The notes: a model not told the origin generated them from the sequence alone. 64,000 nt of DNA from Candidatus Bathyarchaeia archaeon (GCA_049513715.1 JBEKVV010000002.1:96001-160000); one strand, 5' to 3'. Shown: positions 1 through 10,426, counted from the stretch's first letter. Program-made: numbers and translations.

Positions 1-1
1 C

Positions 2-439
2 AAAGGGCCAGTTCCTGAGGAGGAGTACACGATCCCGCTTGGAAAAGCGGATGTGAAACGGAAGGGAGATGACGTGACAATCGTGGGAATATCACGCCTT
101 GTTGGCGAGTCGCTCATAGCTGCAAAGAAGCTCGAAGAGAACGGTATCTCAGCGGAGGTGATTGATATTCGAACATTGCAGCCTCTAGATTTGGGAACGA
201 TTGTGGAGTCGGTTAAACGGACGTCAAGATTGATTGTTGCATCCGACGACATCAAAACAGGTGGAGTCGGGGCAGAGATATCGGCCTCAGTCAGCGAAGC
301 TGCCTTCGATTACCTTGACGCCCCAATCATGCGCGTTGCATGCCCTGATACTCCAATCCCATTCTCCCCACCCCTCGAACAGGAGTACATGCCCAACGCC
401 GACAAGATAATCCAAGCCGTAGACAAAGTGATGGGTTAG
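2..439 (+). CDS. 2-oxoacid/acetoin dehydrogenase E1 beta subunit, C-terminal part (5' truncated by window)
   Basis: Transketolase C-terminal motifs EVIDIRTLQPLD, AFDYLDAPIMRV, PIPFSPPLE; followed by an E2 gene. Confidence 0.9.
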   Translation, partial: KGPVPEEEYTIPLGKADVKRKGDDVTIVGISRLVGESLIAAKKLEENGISAEVIDIRTLQPLDLGTIVESVKRTSRLIVASDDIKTGGVGAEISASVSEAAFDYLDAPIMRVACPDTPIPFSPPLEQEYMPNADKIIQAVDKVMG

Positions 440-448
440 GGATTATTG

Positions 449-1606
449 ATGCCAGAAGTTCTAATGCCCCGACTCGACCCGGGAATGCAGTCCGGCAAGA
501 TAGTTGAGTGGCTGAAAAAGGAGGGGGAGTACGTCAAGAAGGGCGAAGCCATTCTCGTTGTTGAGGGCGAGAAGACTACCTTTGAAGTGGAGGCGCCCGA
601 CAGCGGAGTGCTTAGCAAGATCTTAGCTCCCGTAGGAACCGATGTGGAAGTCTCCCGACCAGTAGCAATAATCGGCGAAGCCTCAGCTCAGCCCCAAAGC
701 CCCCTAACAACTCAGAGTCAAATCAAGCCAGAGTCGCCTCCGCGAATGGAACAGAAACCTACGACCCAAGCTGATCGCGTCATCGCGTCTCCCGCGGCCC
801 GAAGGTTGGCTCAAGAGCATGGTGTTGACCTAACGAATTTGAGTGGAACTGGGCCAGGGGGTCGAATATCGCGAGAGGACGTTCTCGCGACAGTACAGAA
901 GACTACTGCTGCCGCCTCCACCGTTACCAAGTCCCGACAGCCAAGCATCTTGCGCAAGGCCAAGCTGGAAGGCATTCGGAAAACAGTCGCGGAGAGGCTG
1001 GGGTTCAGTGCAAGAACAGCCGTTCCTGTCACTTTGACAATGGAAGCAGACGCAAGCAAACTCGTGAATCTCAAGAACCGAGAGAACCATGTTTCCTTCA
1101 CGGCGCTGGTTGTGAAGGCTGTGGCGAGGGCCTTAGAATCACATATTGTGATTAATTCTACTATCGAGGGCGACGAGGTTACAACCTACTCCGACATCAA
1201 CATTGCCGTCGCAGTAAACACCGAGCAAGGACTTGTGGCACCCGTCATTCAGAACGCGAACAAGAAGCCCGCTCGAGAGATCAACTCAGAGATTGACGCG
1301 CTGTCGCAAAAGGCGAAGGAGAACCGGCTCACGGTGGAAGAGTTGACTGGAGGAACGTTCACCGTGACGAACCTCGGCGCTTACGACATTGAATCATTCG
1401 CTCCAGTGATTAATCCACCACAATGTGCGATTCTCGGGTTGGGGCGAGTCGCGTACAAACCATTCGCTGTGGGAGACCGGGTCTCGTCCAGGCCGACGAC
1501 CTTACTGACGTTAGTGTTTGACCATAGGATAGTGGACGGGGTTCCGGCGGCAAAGTTCCTGCAGGAATTGAAACGCAACTTAGAGGAAGCTGAATCTCTG
1601 TTCTAG
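449..1606 (+). CDS. Dihydrolipoamide acyltransferase (E2)
   Basis: Lipoyl domain VEGEKTTFEVEAP, E3-binding ASPAARRLA..GTGPGGRI, catalytic FDHRIVDG. Confidence 0.95.
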   Translation: MPEVLMPRLDPGMQSGKIVEWLKKEGEYVKKGEAILVVEGEKTTFEVEAPDSGVLSKILAPVGTDVEVSRPVAIIGEASAQPQSPLTTQSQIKPESPPRMEQKPTTQADRVIASPAARRLAQEHGVDLTNLSGTGPGGRISREDVLATVQKTTAAASTVTKSRQPSILRKAKLEGIRKTVAERLGFSARTAVPVTLTMEADASKLVNLKNRENHVSFTALVVKAVARALESHIVINSTIEGDEVTTYSDINIAVAVNTEQGLVAPVIQNANKKPAREINSEIDALSQKAKENRLTVEELTGGTFTVTNLGAYDIESFAPVINPPQCAILGLGRVAYKPFAVGDRVSSRPTTLLTLVFDHRIVDGVPAAKFLQELKRNLEEAESLF

Positions 1607-1718
1607 GCTACCTATTTCCCACGCGCAGGCTTGAAGTGGGGTGATTTTTTTGGCCCACTTCAGTGGAAAAGTGTGGGTGGTGTCCAGGGGGGTTGTTTCG
1701 AGAATGCCAATTCGGGTG

Positions 1719-2774
1719 TCATGTGGGCGGGCGGAGCGCGATCTTCAACGCTTTTCCATTGCCCATCAACTCCAACGCCTCACTGGCTTTGTGAAGTGGC
1801 ATTTCATGTGAGATGAGGGGCTTGATTGAGACCTGCCCTGAGGCTATTAGCCGAAAGGCTCGTTCGACTGCGGCGGGTGTGTGATGAAACGCTCCTTGGA
1901 TGTGAAGTTCACCGTAATGGATTTTTTCAGCGTTGAAGGAGACACTCGTCCCCGATGCACAACCCCCGAAGAGCAGGACGGTTCCGCCCTTACGAGCTAG
2001 GCCGGAGGCCGATTCCCAGGTTTCGCGCCTCCCAACCGCCTCCACAACAACATCCGCACCCCTTCCCTCAGTCAGCGCCAAGACTCGGTCATTCAGATTC
2101 TCCTGCGATGAATCTATTGTTTCATCAATTCCCATTCCCTGAGCCTCTTGCAACCTTTGCCGCACAACATCGCACAACACGACCCTCTTCGCGCCACGTA
2201 AGCGTGCGAGTTGGGCGTGCAGCAACCCAATCGGGCCTCCGCCGATTATCACGACAGCTCCGCCCGGATACGACTTGATCAGGTCCCAGCCATGGACAAC
2301 ACAGGCTAACGGCTCTAAGCTCGCAACTGTCTCCAGCGGGACGCCATCGGGAATCTGAAACGTATTCTGGCGCACGATTTTTTCAGGAAGTCGAACGTAC
2401 TCAGCGTAGGTACCCGGCCACGTGAAACCAACGAGGCTCTCGTTCAAGTGCTCGCAGAGGTTGGGTTGATGGTTTAGGCAGTAGAAGCATTTGTTGCACG
2501 GGGCCGAGTTGGCGGCCGCAACCTTCATGCCAACCTTGAACTTCTCAACCCCGCGGCCAACCGCCGTCACCGTGCCCGCGAATTCATGTCCCATGATTTG
2601 CGGGGGTTTCGCGAGAGGGTGCCCCCGTCGGTACATCTTAACATCGGTCCCACAGGTGAGGGCTACAGCGCTGCGAACTACAAGCTCGCCGTCGCTAGGC
2701 TCCGGAATGGGTACTTGCTCTGCTTTCAAGTCTCCAGGTTTGTAAAAACGCATAGCGAGCATGGATTGTGGCAT
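1719..2774 (-). CDS. Zinc-dependent alcohol/polyol dehydrogenase (MDR family)
   Basis: CGTD, GHEFAG, structural Zn CNKCFYC..C, GGGPIG. Confidence 0.93.
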   Translation of the reverse strand: MPQSMLAMRFYKPGDLKAEQVPIPEPSDGELVVRSAVALTCGTDVKMYRRGHPLAKPPQIMGHEFAGTVTAVGRGVEKFKVGMKVAAANSAPCNKCFYCLNHQPNLCEHLNESLVGFTWPGTYAEYVRLPEKIVRQNTFQIPDGVPLETVASLEPLACVVHGWDLIKSYPGGAVVIIGGGPIGLLHAQLARLRGAKRVVLCDVVRQRLQEAQGMGIDETIDSSQENLNDRVLALTEGRGADVVVEAVGRRETWESASGLARKGGTVLLFGGCASGTSVSFNAEKIHYGELHIQGAFHHTPAAVERAFRLIASGQVSIKPLISHEMPLHKASEALELMGNGKALKIALRPPT

Positions 2775-2818
2775 GAGAAAAACGAGAACACTCCATTTGG
2801 TATTAAGCTACGCAGCCC

Positions 2819-3847
2819 TCATTTGTTTTCAACTATCACTTTGGCTGAGTCGAAACCTTTCTCCGCGATCTGGAAGGCTTCTTGAACCTGACCCAGTGGC
2901 AGCCTATGAGTGATTAATTTAGTCGGTGTAATGCGTTTCGATGCGATCAGGTCTAAGGCGATTTGCATTTCAGCTTCTGACGTAGAGTAACTGGACTGAA
3001 ACCGAACCTCTTCGAGAAACAGTTGACTTAGGTCGAAAGACGCTAGGGCCCCCCTTGCTGGCGCCCCGAAGAGTACGACACACCCGCCTTTACGCACGGA
3101 ACTCACTGCTTGACCAATTGCCTTCGGGTTACCTGTGGCGACGATGGCATAATCAACGCCGCCTTCAGCTGCTGACAATGATATCGCTTTTGGCACGTCG
3201 TCAGTCTGTGGGTCAAAACTCACATACGCCCCGTTTTCCTCCGCCATTCTTCTTCTGTTTTTCAGAACGTCGATCGCGAATATGGGTGCGACACCGTAGA
3301 GTTTCAGCAGTTGAAGGTGGGTAAGCCCAACCGGCCCAACACCGAAGACCGCTGCACTATCCCCAGCCCTTACACCTGCCTTCATCAAAGCCCTGACGCA
3401 ACAGGCCGTCGGCTCTATTTGCGAACCTTCCTCGTAACTCATCGATTCCCGGAGCCTGTAAACCGTTCCTCCACGGACGAGTGACTCTGGAACCCGGAAG
3501 TATTCTGCGAAGCCGCATGGGTCAAGGTTACTCTTTGGGTAGGAACCGCAGAGAGTTTCGAGGCCGTTCTTGCAGTAGTAGCAGCTCCTGCATGAGATGT
3601 GGTGATGGACCGCAACTCTATCACCTTTCTTGAAATCATGAACGCTACTCCCAGTCTCTTCAACTTCCCCAGCCACCTCATGTCCGAGAACCGGGGGCGT
3701 TATGTGGTCGCCATGCACCTTCTCAAGGTCTGTCCCACAGATGCCACAAGTTTTCATGTGCACCAGAATCTCGTAATTGGCGATGCGGGGAATAGGCACG
3801 TCTCTGAGTTCAACGGTGCTTTTCGCAGAGATTGATGTGGCCTTCAT
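2819..3847 (-). CDS. Zinc-dependent alcohol/polyol dehydrogenase (MDR family)
   Basis: CGICGTD, GHEVAG, CRSCYYC..C, GVGPVG. Confidence 0.93.
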   Translation of the reverse strand: MKATSISAKSTVELRDVPIPRIANYEILVHMKTCGICGTDLEKVHGDHITPPVLGHEVAGEVEETGSSVHDFKKGDRVAVHHHISCRSCYYCKNGLETLCGSYPKSNLDPCGFAEYFRVPESLVRGGTVYRLRESMSYEEGSQIEPTACCVRALMKAGVRAGDSAAVFGVGPVGLTHLQLLKLYGVAPIFAIDVLKNRRRMAEENGAYVSFDPQTDDVPKAISLSAAEGGVDYAIVATGNPKAIGQAVSSVRKGGCVVLFGAPARGALASFDLSQLFLEEVRFQSSYSTSEAEMQIALDLIASKRITPTKLITHRLPLGQVQEAFQIAEKGFDSAKVIVENK

Positions 3848-4044
3848 GGAGTATCAATCAGGTGCGTACATTCAAAAGCATATGCGGAGGTATACTTTGG
3901 CTTTCCTCCGACCGAACCTTCACTTCCTTTGGCCTGCGGTGGCCCCAACTCCTAGGTCATTGGTGGTGATGAGGAGAATCCACCCTCGTGGATCTCCACA
4001 CAAACAGATTTTTAGGTAGAAACGTAGAAGTCCGCGTTTCAGTT

Positions 4045-4141
4045 GGGCCCGTAGTCCAGCTGGTTAAGACGTCGCCCTCACATTCGGAGAATTATATGAG
4101 AACGGCGGAGATCCCCGGTTCGAACCCGGGCGGGCCCACCA
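4045..4141 (+). tRNA. tRNA-Val(CAC) with 20-nt intron at 37/38 (4083-4102) and encoded CCA
   Basis: Acceptor GGGCCCG/CGGGCCC-ACCA, T-arm CCCGG-TTCGAAC-CCGGG, anticodon stem TCGCC/GGCGG, anticodon CAC at 4079-4081, BHB central helix CTCA/TGAG. Confidence 0.95.
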
Positions 4142-4180
4142 CTATTGTCAAATGACATTCGCCGGATTAGGGTTCGTTTT

Positions 4181-6847
4181 TTACTTGAGTTTCAGTTCCA
4201 CAGTAACACCGTCTTGTTCCCGTTTGGTTGTGAAGCCTAATTTCTCGCACAGGTTAATCATGTTCGTGTTTTCGGTCATCACGATGCCGTAGATGGCTTC
4301 GACATTCTTGTCTCTGGCGACTTCGATTAGCATGTCCACTAGTTTGATGCCCAAGCCTTTGCCTTGGTACTTGTCGGCAACTACGACCGCGAACTCTCCA
4401 CGTTTCTTGTTGGATTCAAGAATCAGTCGGCTTACGCCAATCTCGATCCTACGGTCTCCATCGCGTGTTTCGGCAATGAACGCCATCTCCCGGTCATAAT
4501 CGATGTTGCAGAAACGCACCAATGCGTCGTGGGGTAGGTCCTTGATGATTTGAAAAAACCTAAACCTGCTGGTTTCACTGGAGAGACCTCGGATCAATTC
4601 GAGTTCCATAGGCTCGTCCTCCGGCCGAATGGGACGGAGGGTGACTTCTGTTCCGTCCTTCAACCGCCAGGGTATAACATATTTCGATGGGTAGGGCATG
4701 ATGACAAGGTGGGAGTAGGCCTCAGCGTGGGCCGGAACATTCGGGTCGAGAATTATCCTTGCATCAACGACTACCAGTTTACCCTCGGAAACTACGAGGG
4801 GGTTGATGTCCATTTCAGCGATTTCAGGGAAATCGACGACTATGTTCGAGAAGCGAACCATCACCTCTTCCAGCGCCCTCACGTCAATTGGGGGTTTGTT
4901 TCTGAGGCCTTTTGAAAGAGCTTGGTAGATTCTCGTTTCCTCAATTGTTCGGTGCGCCAGAACTTGGTTTAAGGGCGGCAGCCCGATCGAAACGTCTTTC
5001 CAGAGTTCTACGCCGATCCCGCCCATACCAAATAGAATGATCGATCCAAAGTCCCGGTCCTTCTTTGATCCTACAATTAGCTCATAGTCAATGCTCTTGA
5101 CCATTTCTTGTACGTATACGCCGTCGATCCTCGCGTCAGGTTTCGCTTTCTTAGCGCGGTCCATAAGCAACTGATACTTTTCTTTGAGCGTCTGCGCGCT
5201 ATCAATTCCGGAGATTACCCCTCCCATGTCAGTTTTGTGCAAAATGTCTTGTGACGCAATCTTGAGAACAACGGGATAACCGAGTTCCGACGCGATCAAG
5301 GATGCCTGTTCAACATTTTTAGCTAGGCGCCCTTTCGCGCGGGGAATGTGGTATGCGTCGAGGAATCTGTCAACCTCGGGTTGTGTGAGGGCTGTCCTTT
5401 GTTTGGCCGCTTTGTGGACCATGACTTTGAGATGGCTTTTCGGTGGTGAGAAGTCTACTGAGAGTTCTTCTGGGGTCTGGTAGAGTAGGTCTAGGTTTTG
5501 TCGGTAGCGGTACATGTACATGTAAGTTCTGACCGCTTCCTCTGGAGTTGCGTAAGTTGGCACATCGTTTTTGTGGAAGATGTCTCGGGCCTCTCTAACG
5601 CTGTCCTCACCCATCCAAACGGTAAGCATTGGCTTCCGCCTGTCAGCGGCAATCTTCGTTACCGTTTCAGCGAGTACGGTAGGTTGTGTTGTGCCCTGGG
5701 GGGTATAGATGACCAGCAGGCCGTCGACACTCGGATCTGCAATACACGCTCTCACAGCGGTCTCATACCTCTTGGCGTCAGCGTCTCCAATTATGTCAAC
5801 GGGGTTTCCATGACTCCAATACGGTGGAAGGCTCGCGTCCAGCGTCTTCATCGTGTCGTCCGAGAGTTGAGCCAGCTCGCCGCCGTGGCCAATCACAGAG
5901 TCAGCGCCCAACACTGCTGGTCCCCCTGCGTTTGTCACAATGGCTAGCCTCGGGCCTGCGGGGAGAAATCTGGAATCCAAAACACTGGCACAGTTGAATA
6001 GGTCTCCAATCTCGTCAACCAACACAACCCCAGCACGTTTGAAGGCAGCATCGTATACGGCGTAATCGCCCGCCAGTGCACCCGTATGCGAGGAAGCAGC
6101 CTTAGCGCCTGCTGCATGTTTCCCAGCTTTTATTACAATGATTGGTTTGGTGCGGGCAAAGCCTCTCGCTGCACTCATGAACTTCCTTGCATTGCCCACT
6201 CCTTCCATGTAGATGATGATGCTTCGAGTGTTAGGGTCCTCACCGAGGTAGTCGATTAGGTCGCCGTAATCGATATCAAGCGTTGAGCCTAACGATGCGA
6301 ACATACTAAACCCTATTCGAGTGCTCACAGCCCAGTTCAGGATCGCGGAGCCAAGAGCGCCGCTCTGCGAAACGAAAGCGATCTGTCCGGGTGCCGGGTT
6401 GTCTCTGAGGAATGTTGCGTTGAGACCGATTTGTGGTCTTAGAATTCCAACGCAGTTCGGCCCCAAAACACGTATGTCGTACTTGGCTTGAATCCGCCGG
6501 ATTTCTTCTTCCAACTTGGCGCCTTCTGCGCCTACTTCACGGAATCCGGCTGATAGTATGACGACGCCTGCCACACCTGCTTTTGCGCATTCCTCCACAA
6601 CCGCCGGTACGGTTTTGGCTGGAGTGGCGACGACCGCTAAATCAACATGCTCGGGGACTTTGGAAATGCTGGGGTAACACTTGAGCCCCATAATCGTATC
6701 ACGCTTGGGGTTGACGGGAATAATTTTCCGTCGGTCCTTGCCAAGCAACAGATTCTTCATGATCGATTGGCCGACTGATCCGTCAGTCTCCGATGCTCCA
6801 ATAGCCGCGACGACCTTGGGGTTCAACATCTTATCGATATTGGCCAT
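4181..6847 (-). CDS. Acetate--CoA ligase (ADP-forming alpha+beta) fused to C-terminal GNAT (Pat/YfiQ-like)
   Basis: GPNCVG, SQSGALG, SSHTGALAG, NPVD, HKTD, DINPL, then GNAT motif QGKGLG; start chosen at ATG 6847 after GGAGG. Confidence 0.93.
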   Translation of the reverse strand: MANIDKMLNPKVVAAIGASETDGSVGQSIMKNLLLGKDRRKIIPVNPKRDTIMGLKCYPSISKVPEHVDLAVVATPAKTVPAVVEECAKAGVAGVVILSAGFREVGAEGAKLEEEIRRIQAKYDIRVLGPNCVGILRPQIGLNATFLRDNPAPGQIAFVSQSGALGSAILNWAVSTRIGFSMFASLGSTLDIDYGDLIDYLGEDPNTRSIIIYMEGVGNARKFMSAARGFARTKPIIVIKAGKHAAGAKAASSHTGALAGDYAVYDAAFKRAGVVLVDEIGDLFNCASVLDSRFLPAGPRLAIVTNAGGPAVLGADSVIGHGGELAQLSDDTMKTLDASLPPYWSHGNPVDIIGDADAKRYETAVRACIADPSVDGLLVIYTPQGTTQPTVLAETVTKIAADRRKPMLTVWMGEDSVREARDIFHKNDVPTYATPEEAVRTYMYMYRYRQNLDLLYQTPEELSVDFSPPKSHLKVMVHKAAKQRTALTQPEVDRFLDAYHIPRAKGRLAKNVEQASLIASELGYPVVLKIASQDILHKTDMGGVISGIDSAQTLKEKYQLLMDRAKKAKPDARIDGVYVQEMVKSIDYELIVGSKKDRDFGSIILFGMGGIGVELWKDVSIGLPPLNQVLAHRTIEETRIYQALSKGLRNKPPIDVRALEEVMVRFSNIVVDFPEIAEMDINPLVVSEGKLVVVDARIILDPNVPAHAEAYSHLVIMPYPSKYVIPWRLKDGTEVTLRPIRPEDEPMELELIRGLSSETSRFRFFQIIKDLPHDALVRFCNIDYDREMAFIAETRDGDRRIEIGVSRLILESNKKRGEFAVVVADKYQGKGLGIKLVDMLIEVARDKNVEAIYGIVMTENTNMINLCEKLGFTTKREQDGVTVELKLK

Positions 6848-7046
6848 TTCCTCCAACCTGCTCCATGGTTGAGTTCTGCAATTGCTGCACAGCCCACCCT
6901 CAAATAACAACCACGCGTGAGTTCCCTTACTGGGAATCTTCCTAAGCTAGGCCACAGTCAGAGAATTCACACCGTGAAAAACAGGACGAATTCCTCTTGC
7001 CAGTTAATGATAAATTGTCTACGAAAGACTGGTAACGGATCGCACC

Positions 7047-8033
7047 TTGGATAGAACCGCCGTTGGATTCAACCCAAATACGAGTGGGACAGAAGCCGCA
7101 GAATATGCCCGTATTGCAGAGAAGCATGGTTTCGAATCGTTCTGGGTTCACGAGAACCCTTTCATCAAAGACGCCGTGTCCCTAATGGCAAGCGCCATTT
7201 CCGCAACAAAGACCATCAAAATAGGTTCGGGTTGCGTAAGTGTAGTAACTCGCCATCCTTTGCTTGTTGCGTCGACTTTCATATCCCTAGATGAAATGTC
7301 CGGCGGAAGAGTACGGATGGGCGTAGGCCTCGGCGGGTTTCCTTGGCTACCGAAGATTGGTGTGAAAGTCTTCCCGGTTCAGGAAACTAAGCCCCTCAAA
7401 CGTATCAAAGAATTCCTCACAATAACTGACAAACTCCTTGGAGGAGAATCAATCTCCCTCGATGGCGAATTCTTCAAGGTCACTGATATCAAACTAGACT
7501 CTAAACCAAAACACCGACCACCGCTCTACCTTGCAGCTTTTGGAGAACGCTTGCTCAGGATGGCGCCAAAGTTGACAGAGGGGGTTATCATTTCACCTGC
7601 GCTAATGACGCCAGAGATCACTGGACAGAAAGTGCGTTTCGTGAGGGAGGAAGAATCTTCCGGAAAAAGAACTGACGTCGCATCGTACGTGCTCACAACG
7701 GTCTCAAAAGACTTGGAGAAGGCACGTCAGGCAATGAAATCCTATTACTTCCTAATCTATCAAGTGGCAGATGTCCTCAAGCCGGAAATATTCGAGCCGT
7801 ATGGATTGAAGATAGAGGATCTGGAACCGATTAAGAAGGCTTGGCGAAAGAAGGACTTGGCAGCCGCGGCGCGGGCGATGCCGGATGAGGTTATTGAGGC
7901 TTTGACCTTAACGGGTGACCCCGACCATTGCATCGAGCGGCTGAAGGATTACAGGAGAGCTGGTGTTGACCTTCCAATCCTGATGCCGATAGGCGACATC
8001 AAAACTGCCATAGAATCCTTCACGATACAATGA
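7047..8033 (+). CDS. LLM-class flavin/F420-dependent oxidoreductase
   Basis: AEKHGFESFWVHE, TRHP, SLDEMSGGR, PPLYLAA, Mer-like length. Confidence 0.88.
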   Translation: MDRTAVGFNPNTSGTEAAEYARIAEKHGFESFWVHENPFIKDAVSLMASAISATKTIKIGSGCVSVVTRHPLLVASTFISLDEMSGGRVRMGVGLGGFPWLPKIGVKVFPVQETKPLKRIKEFLTITDKLLGGESISLDGEFFKVTDIKLDSKPKHRPPLYLAAFGERLLRMAPKLTEGVIISPALMTPEITGQKVRFVREEESSGKRTDVASYVLTTVSKDLEKARQAMKSYYFLIYQVADVLKPEIFEPYGLKIEDLEPIKKAWRKKDLAAAARAMPDEVIEALTLTGDPDHCIERLKDYRRAGVDLPILMPIGDIKTAIESFTIQ

Positions 8034-8060
8034 GCCTCAAACTGCGCGGTCCTTACAATC

Positions 8061-8669
8061 ATGAACAAATTCCACTCAGCGGCATTATCACTGGCTTTAG
8101 CGACTGGTTTGTGGATTCTTGTATTTCTCGTGCGGCCGTTCAATTTCTGGGTCATGCTCAGCCTTTCAACGCTTCTCCTGATGGCCATTTCCATTCTTGT
8201 TAATCGTGAAAGAATTACGGGTCATCTGAGTTTTCGATGGCTATTATTGGGCGTGCTTAGTGGCATTGGCCTTTACTTGTTCTTCTATGCTGGATTCGTG
8301 TTGACGAAGTCCATTCCCATTTTCAATGAGGGCATAGCTCACGTCTACAATTTCCGAGCGGCAACACCGTCCGTGATGATTGCGATTCTTCTTCTCTTAC
8401 CGATCTCTCCTGGCGAGGAGATCTATTGGCGTGGGTTGATTCAACGGAGGTTCATGGAGAGAATCGGCGGGCGGGCTGGTTTCCTATTCACCGCCAGTGC
8501 TTATGCGTTGGTACACTTGCCCACATTGAATCTCCCACTAATCCTGACGGCCTTGATAGGGGGGCTGGCTTGGGGCTACATCTACAAGGCGACCGGCAGC
8601 CTAGTCCCCACTATTATCTCCCATGTACTATTCGACCTACTCATCTTCGTGATAGCCCCCTTCAGCTAG
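8061..8669 (+). CDS. CPBP (Abi/CAAX) intramembrane metalloprotease
   Basis: EEIYWRG, YALVH, SHVLFD motifs in a hydrophobic protein. Confidence 0.9.
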   Translation: MNKFHSAALSLALATGLWILVFLVRPFNFWVMLSLSTLLLMAISILVNRERITGHLSFRWLLLGVLSGIGLYLFFYAGFVLTKSIPIFNEGIAHVYNFRAATPSVMIAILLLLPISPGEEIYWRGLIQRRFMERIGGRAGFLFTASAYALVHLPTLNLPLILTALIGGLAWGYIYKATGSLVPTIISHVLFDLLIFVIAPFS

Positions 8670-9577
8670 CCGAGAAGGAGCCCTAAGGCAAGAAGCACGC
8701 CGAAAGCGGCCGACATTGCAAACGTCGTCTGAGTCAGTTTCACGTAGTGTAAGGGGGATTGCGCGGGTGTCCGGTAGAGATTGGTTTGAGTAACAAACAG
8801 GGGCACAGTAACCAGAACCAGTAGCGCGGTGACTGGAAGCAGCCTCAGGGCTACTGCGCAGACAATTATCGCAAATGAGGCCGCGGTCAGGGTGAATGCA
8901 GTCGCCATCGCCTTTTTTCTACCGGCTGTCACGGTAAAGCTCCTCTTCGATCCTTTTTGGTATGCATCAAAGAAGATCTGGTCGTGGTTGATCAGAATCG
9001 AGGTAGTCAAGAAGCCCAATGGAATTCCCAACAAGAGGGAGAGGGTAGAAACGTAGCCGGTCTGCACGTAGAAGCTCCCTATGATCGGTAGAACGCCAAA
9101 CGAAAGGAAGATTCCTAGCTCGCTGAGACCTAAGCCTCGATACCCCAATCGCAGTGGAGGCGCTACATGGAAGTAAGCAAAGAATAGTCCAATGCCTCCT
9201 AATAGAAGGATTATTGGGCCTGTAGCTATCGTCAGATAGAGCCCGATGATTGTTGCAGCAGAAAAGAAAAGATAAGCAACCATACGGGCCTGCTTGAATG
9301 TCATCAGTCCACGCGGCAGTATTTTCCAGCCTGCGAAATCTGGTGGAAACATCTTGTTCGAAATCACATCGACTCCGCTTTGATAGTCGAACGTGTCGTC
9401 TATTGCGTTCGCGCCGAGGTGGAGGAAAATTCCACCGAGAACAACGATGACGAAGAGGAATGGACTGAACCTACGTTCAGTCCACCATGCGAGCACACTT
9501 CCAACTAAAACGGGAGTGAGAATTACGGGAAGGAACTGAGCTCTGCTCAATCGGAAGATTCGTGACGCCAAAGCCAT
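8666..9577 (-). CDS. UbiA/MenA-family prenyltransferase
   Basis: NAIDDTFDYQSGVD, PPLRLGYRGLG.E, multiple TM helices. Confidence 0.88.
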   Translation of the reverse strand: MALASRIFRLSRAQFLPVILTPVLVGSVLAWWTERRFSPFLFVIVVLGGIFLHLGANAIDDTFDYQSGVDVISNKMFPPDFAGWKILPRGLMTFKQARMVAYLFFSAATIIGLYLTIATGPIILLLGGIGLFFAYFHVAPPLRLGYRGLGLSELGIFLSFGVLPIIGSFYVQTGYVSTLSLLLGIPLGFLTTSILINHDQIFFDAYQKGSKRSFTVTAGRKKAMATAFTLTAASFAIIVCAVALRLLPVTALLVLVTVPLFVTQTNLYRTPAQSPLHYVKLTQTTFAMSAAFGVLLALGLLLG

Positions 9578-9628
9578 CTATGGAGCATCCTGTTCGAACT
9601 AGTTTTCGTGAAAACCCCGGGCGGTGTA

Positions 9629-9880
9629 CTATTGAGTGGATGTTATCAACCCGTTACGGGGCAACTTCAGCTGGAGGATTCCAGAGTAGTTAACTGCTTC
9701 AGCGTTGTCGACCTTCACATAATCGCCCGTCTGAACAGGTTTGACTAGGTTTCTGTAATTGTACCTGACAAATGTGCGCCCAGTCTCATCTTCAAGAACA
9801 AGCATGAATTGGTTCATGTCGACGATTTTGCCCTCGATGTGAACGCCCCTCATTCCGTTTCGAATCTCGTCAATTCTCAT
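9629..9880 (-). CDS. Small OB-fold protein (SSB/RPA-like)
   Basis: IDEIRNGM..V.IEGKI, LEDETG, GDYVKV.N....YSG.LQL. Confidence 0.75.
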   Translation of the reverse strand: MRIDEIRNGMRGVHIEGKIVDMNQFMLVLEDETGRTFVRYNYRNLVKPVQTGDYVKVDNAEAVNYSGILQLKLPRNGLITSTQ

Positions 9881-10282
9881 TTCAAATCAACCTCAAGGTG
9901 CTGCGAGTGGGACATCCGATCTTGGAGATCAATCCGAGACTAAGCTTTACGCTTCGTCTCCTCCTTAGGTGGTGGACCATGCCGACGCCAGTACCAATAG
10001 CTACTTTTCAAACAAAGTCACCACCGCAAACCCCAATCTTCTCATCTTGAAGCGCTTTATGGCCGCCGTTATGTAACCTTCTCGGTTTGACCATCGCGAG
10101 CCGATTTCCACGCAAGAAGCAGTTGATTTTGCAAATTTCTGTTTCCTAAGCCATCCTCTCGCACAACATGTCCTTGTGATATAGGTTTAATTACGTTCAC
10201 GCACTCACTACGCCTCGGTACGCTGCGGATTCTACTTCTGAGTACTATCTGACGCGTAACTAAACTGCAAAGTGGTGTAAGT

Positions 10283-10426
10283 ATGAGTCAAGAAGGATAC
10301 GGCGGCCGAACTATGTACAAGGTCACATGTTCTGACTGCGGCGCTGAAACCGAAGTCCCGTTCAAGCCGACGCAAGGCCGTCCAGTATATTGTAGAAACT
10401 GTTACCAAAAACACAGACGGTACTAG
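10283..10426 (+). CDS. CxxC-x17-CxxC small zinc-binding protein (47 aa, absent from ORF track)
   Basis: Hand translation MSQEGYGGRTMYKVTCSDCGAETEVPFKPTQGRPVYCRNCYQKHRRY. Confidence 0.92.
   Translation: MSQEGYGGRTMYKVTCSDCGAETEVPFKPTQGRPVYCRNCYQKHRRY

Noticed and set aside
9960..9995. GTCGGCATGGTCC similarity to HDV ribozyme 5' end (minus strand)
   Set aside because: No P1 partner or P3/L3 pseudoknot elements.
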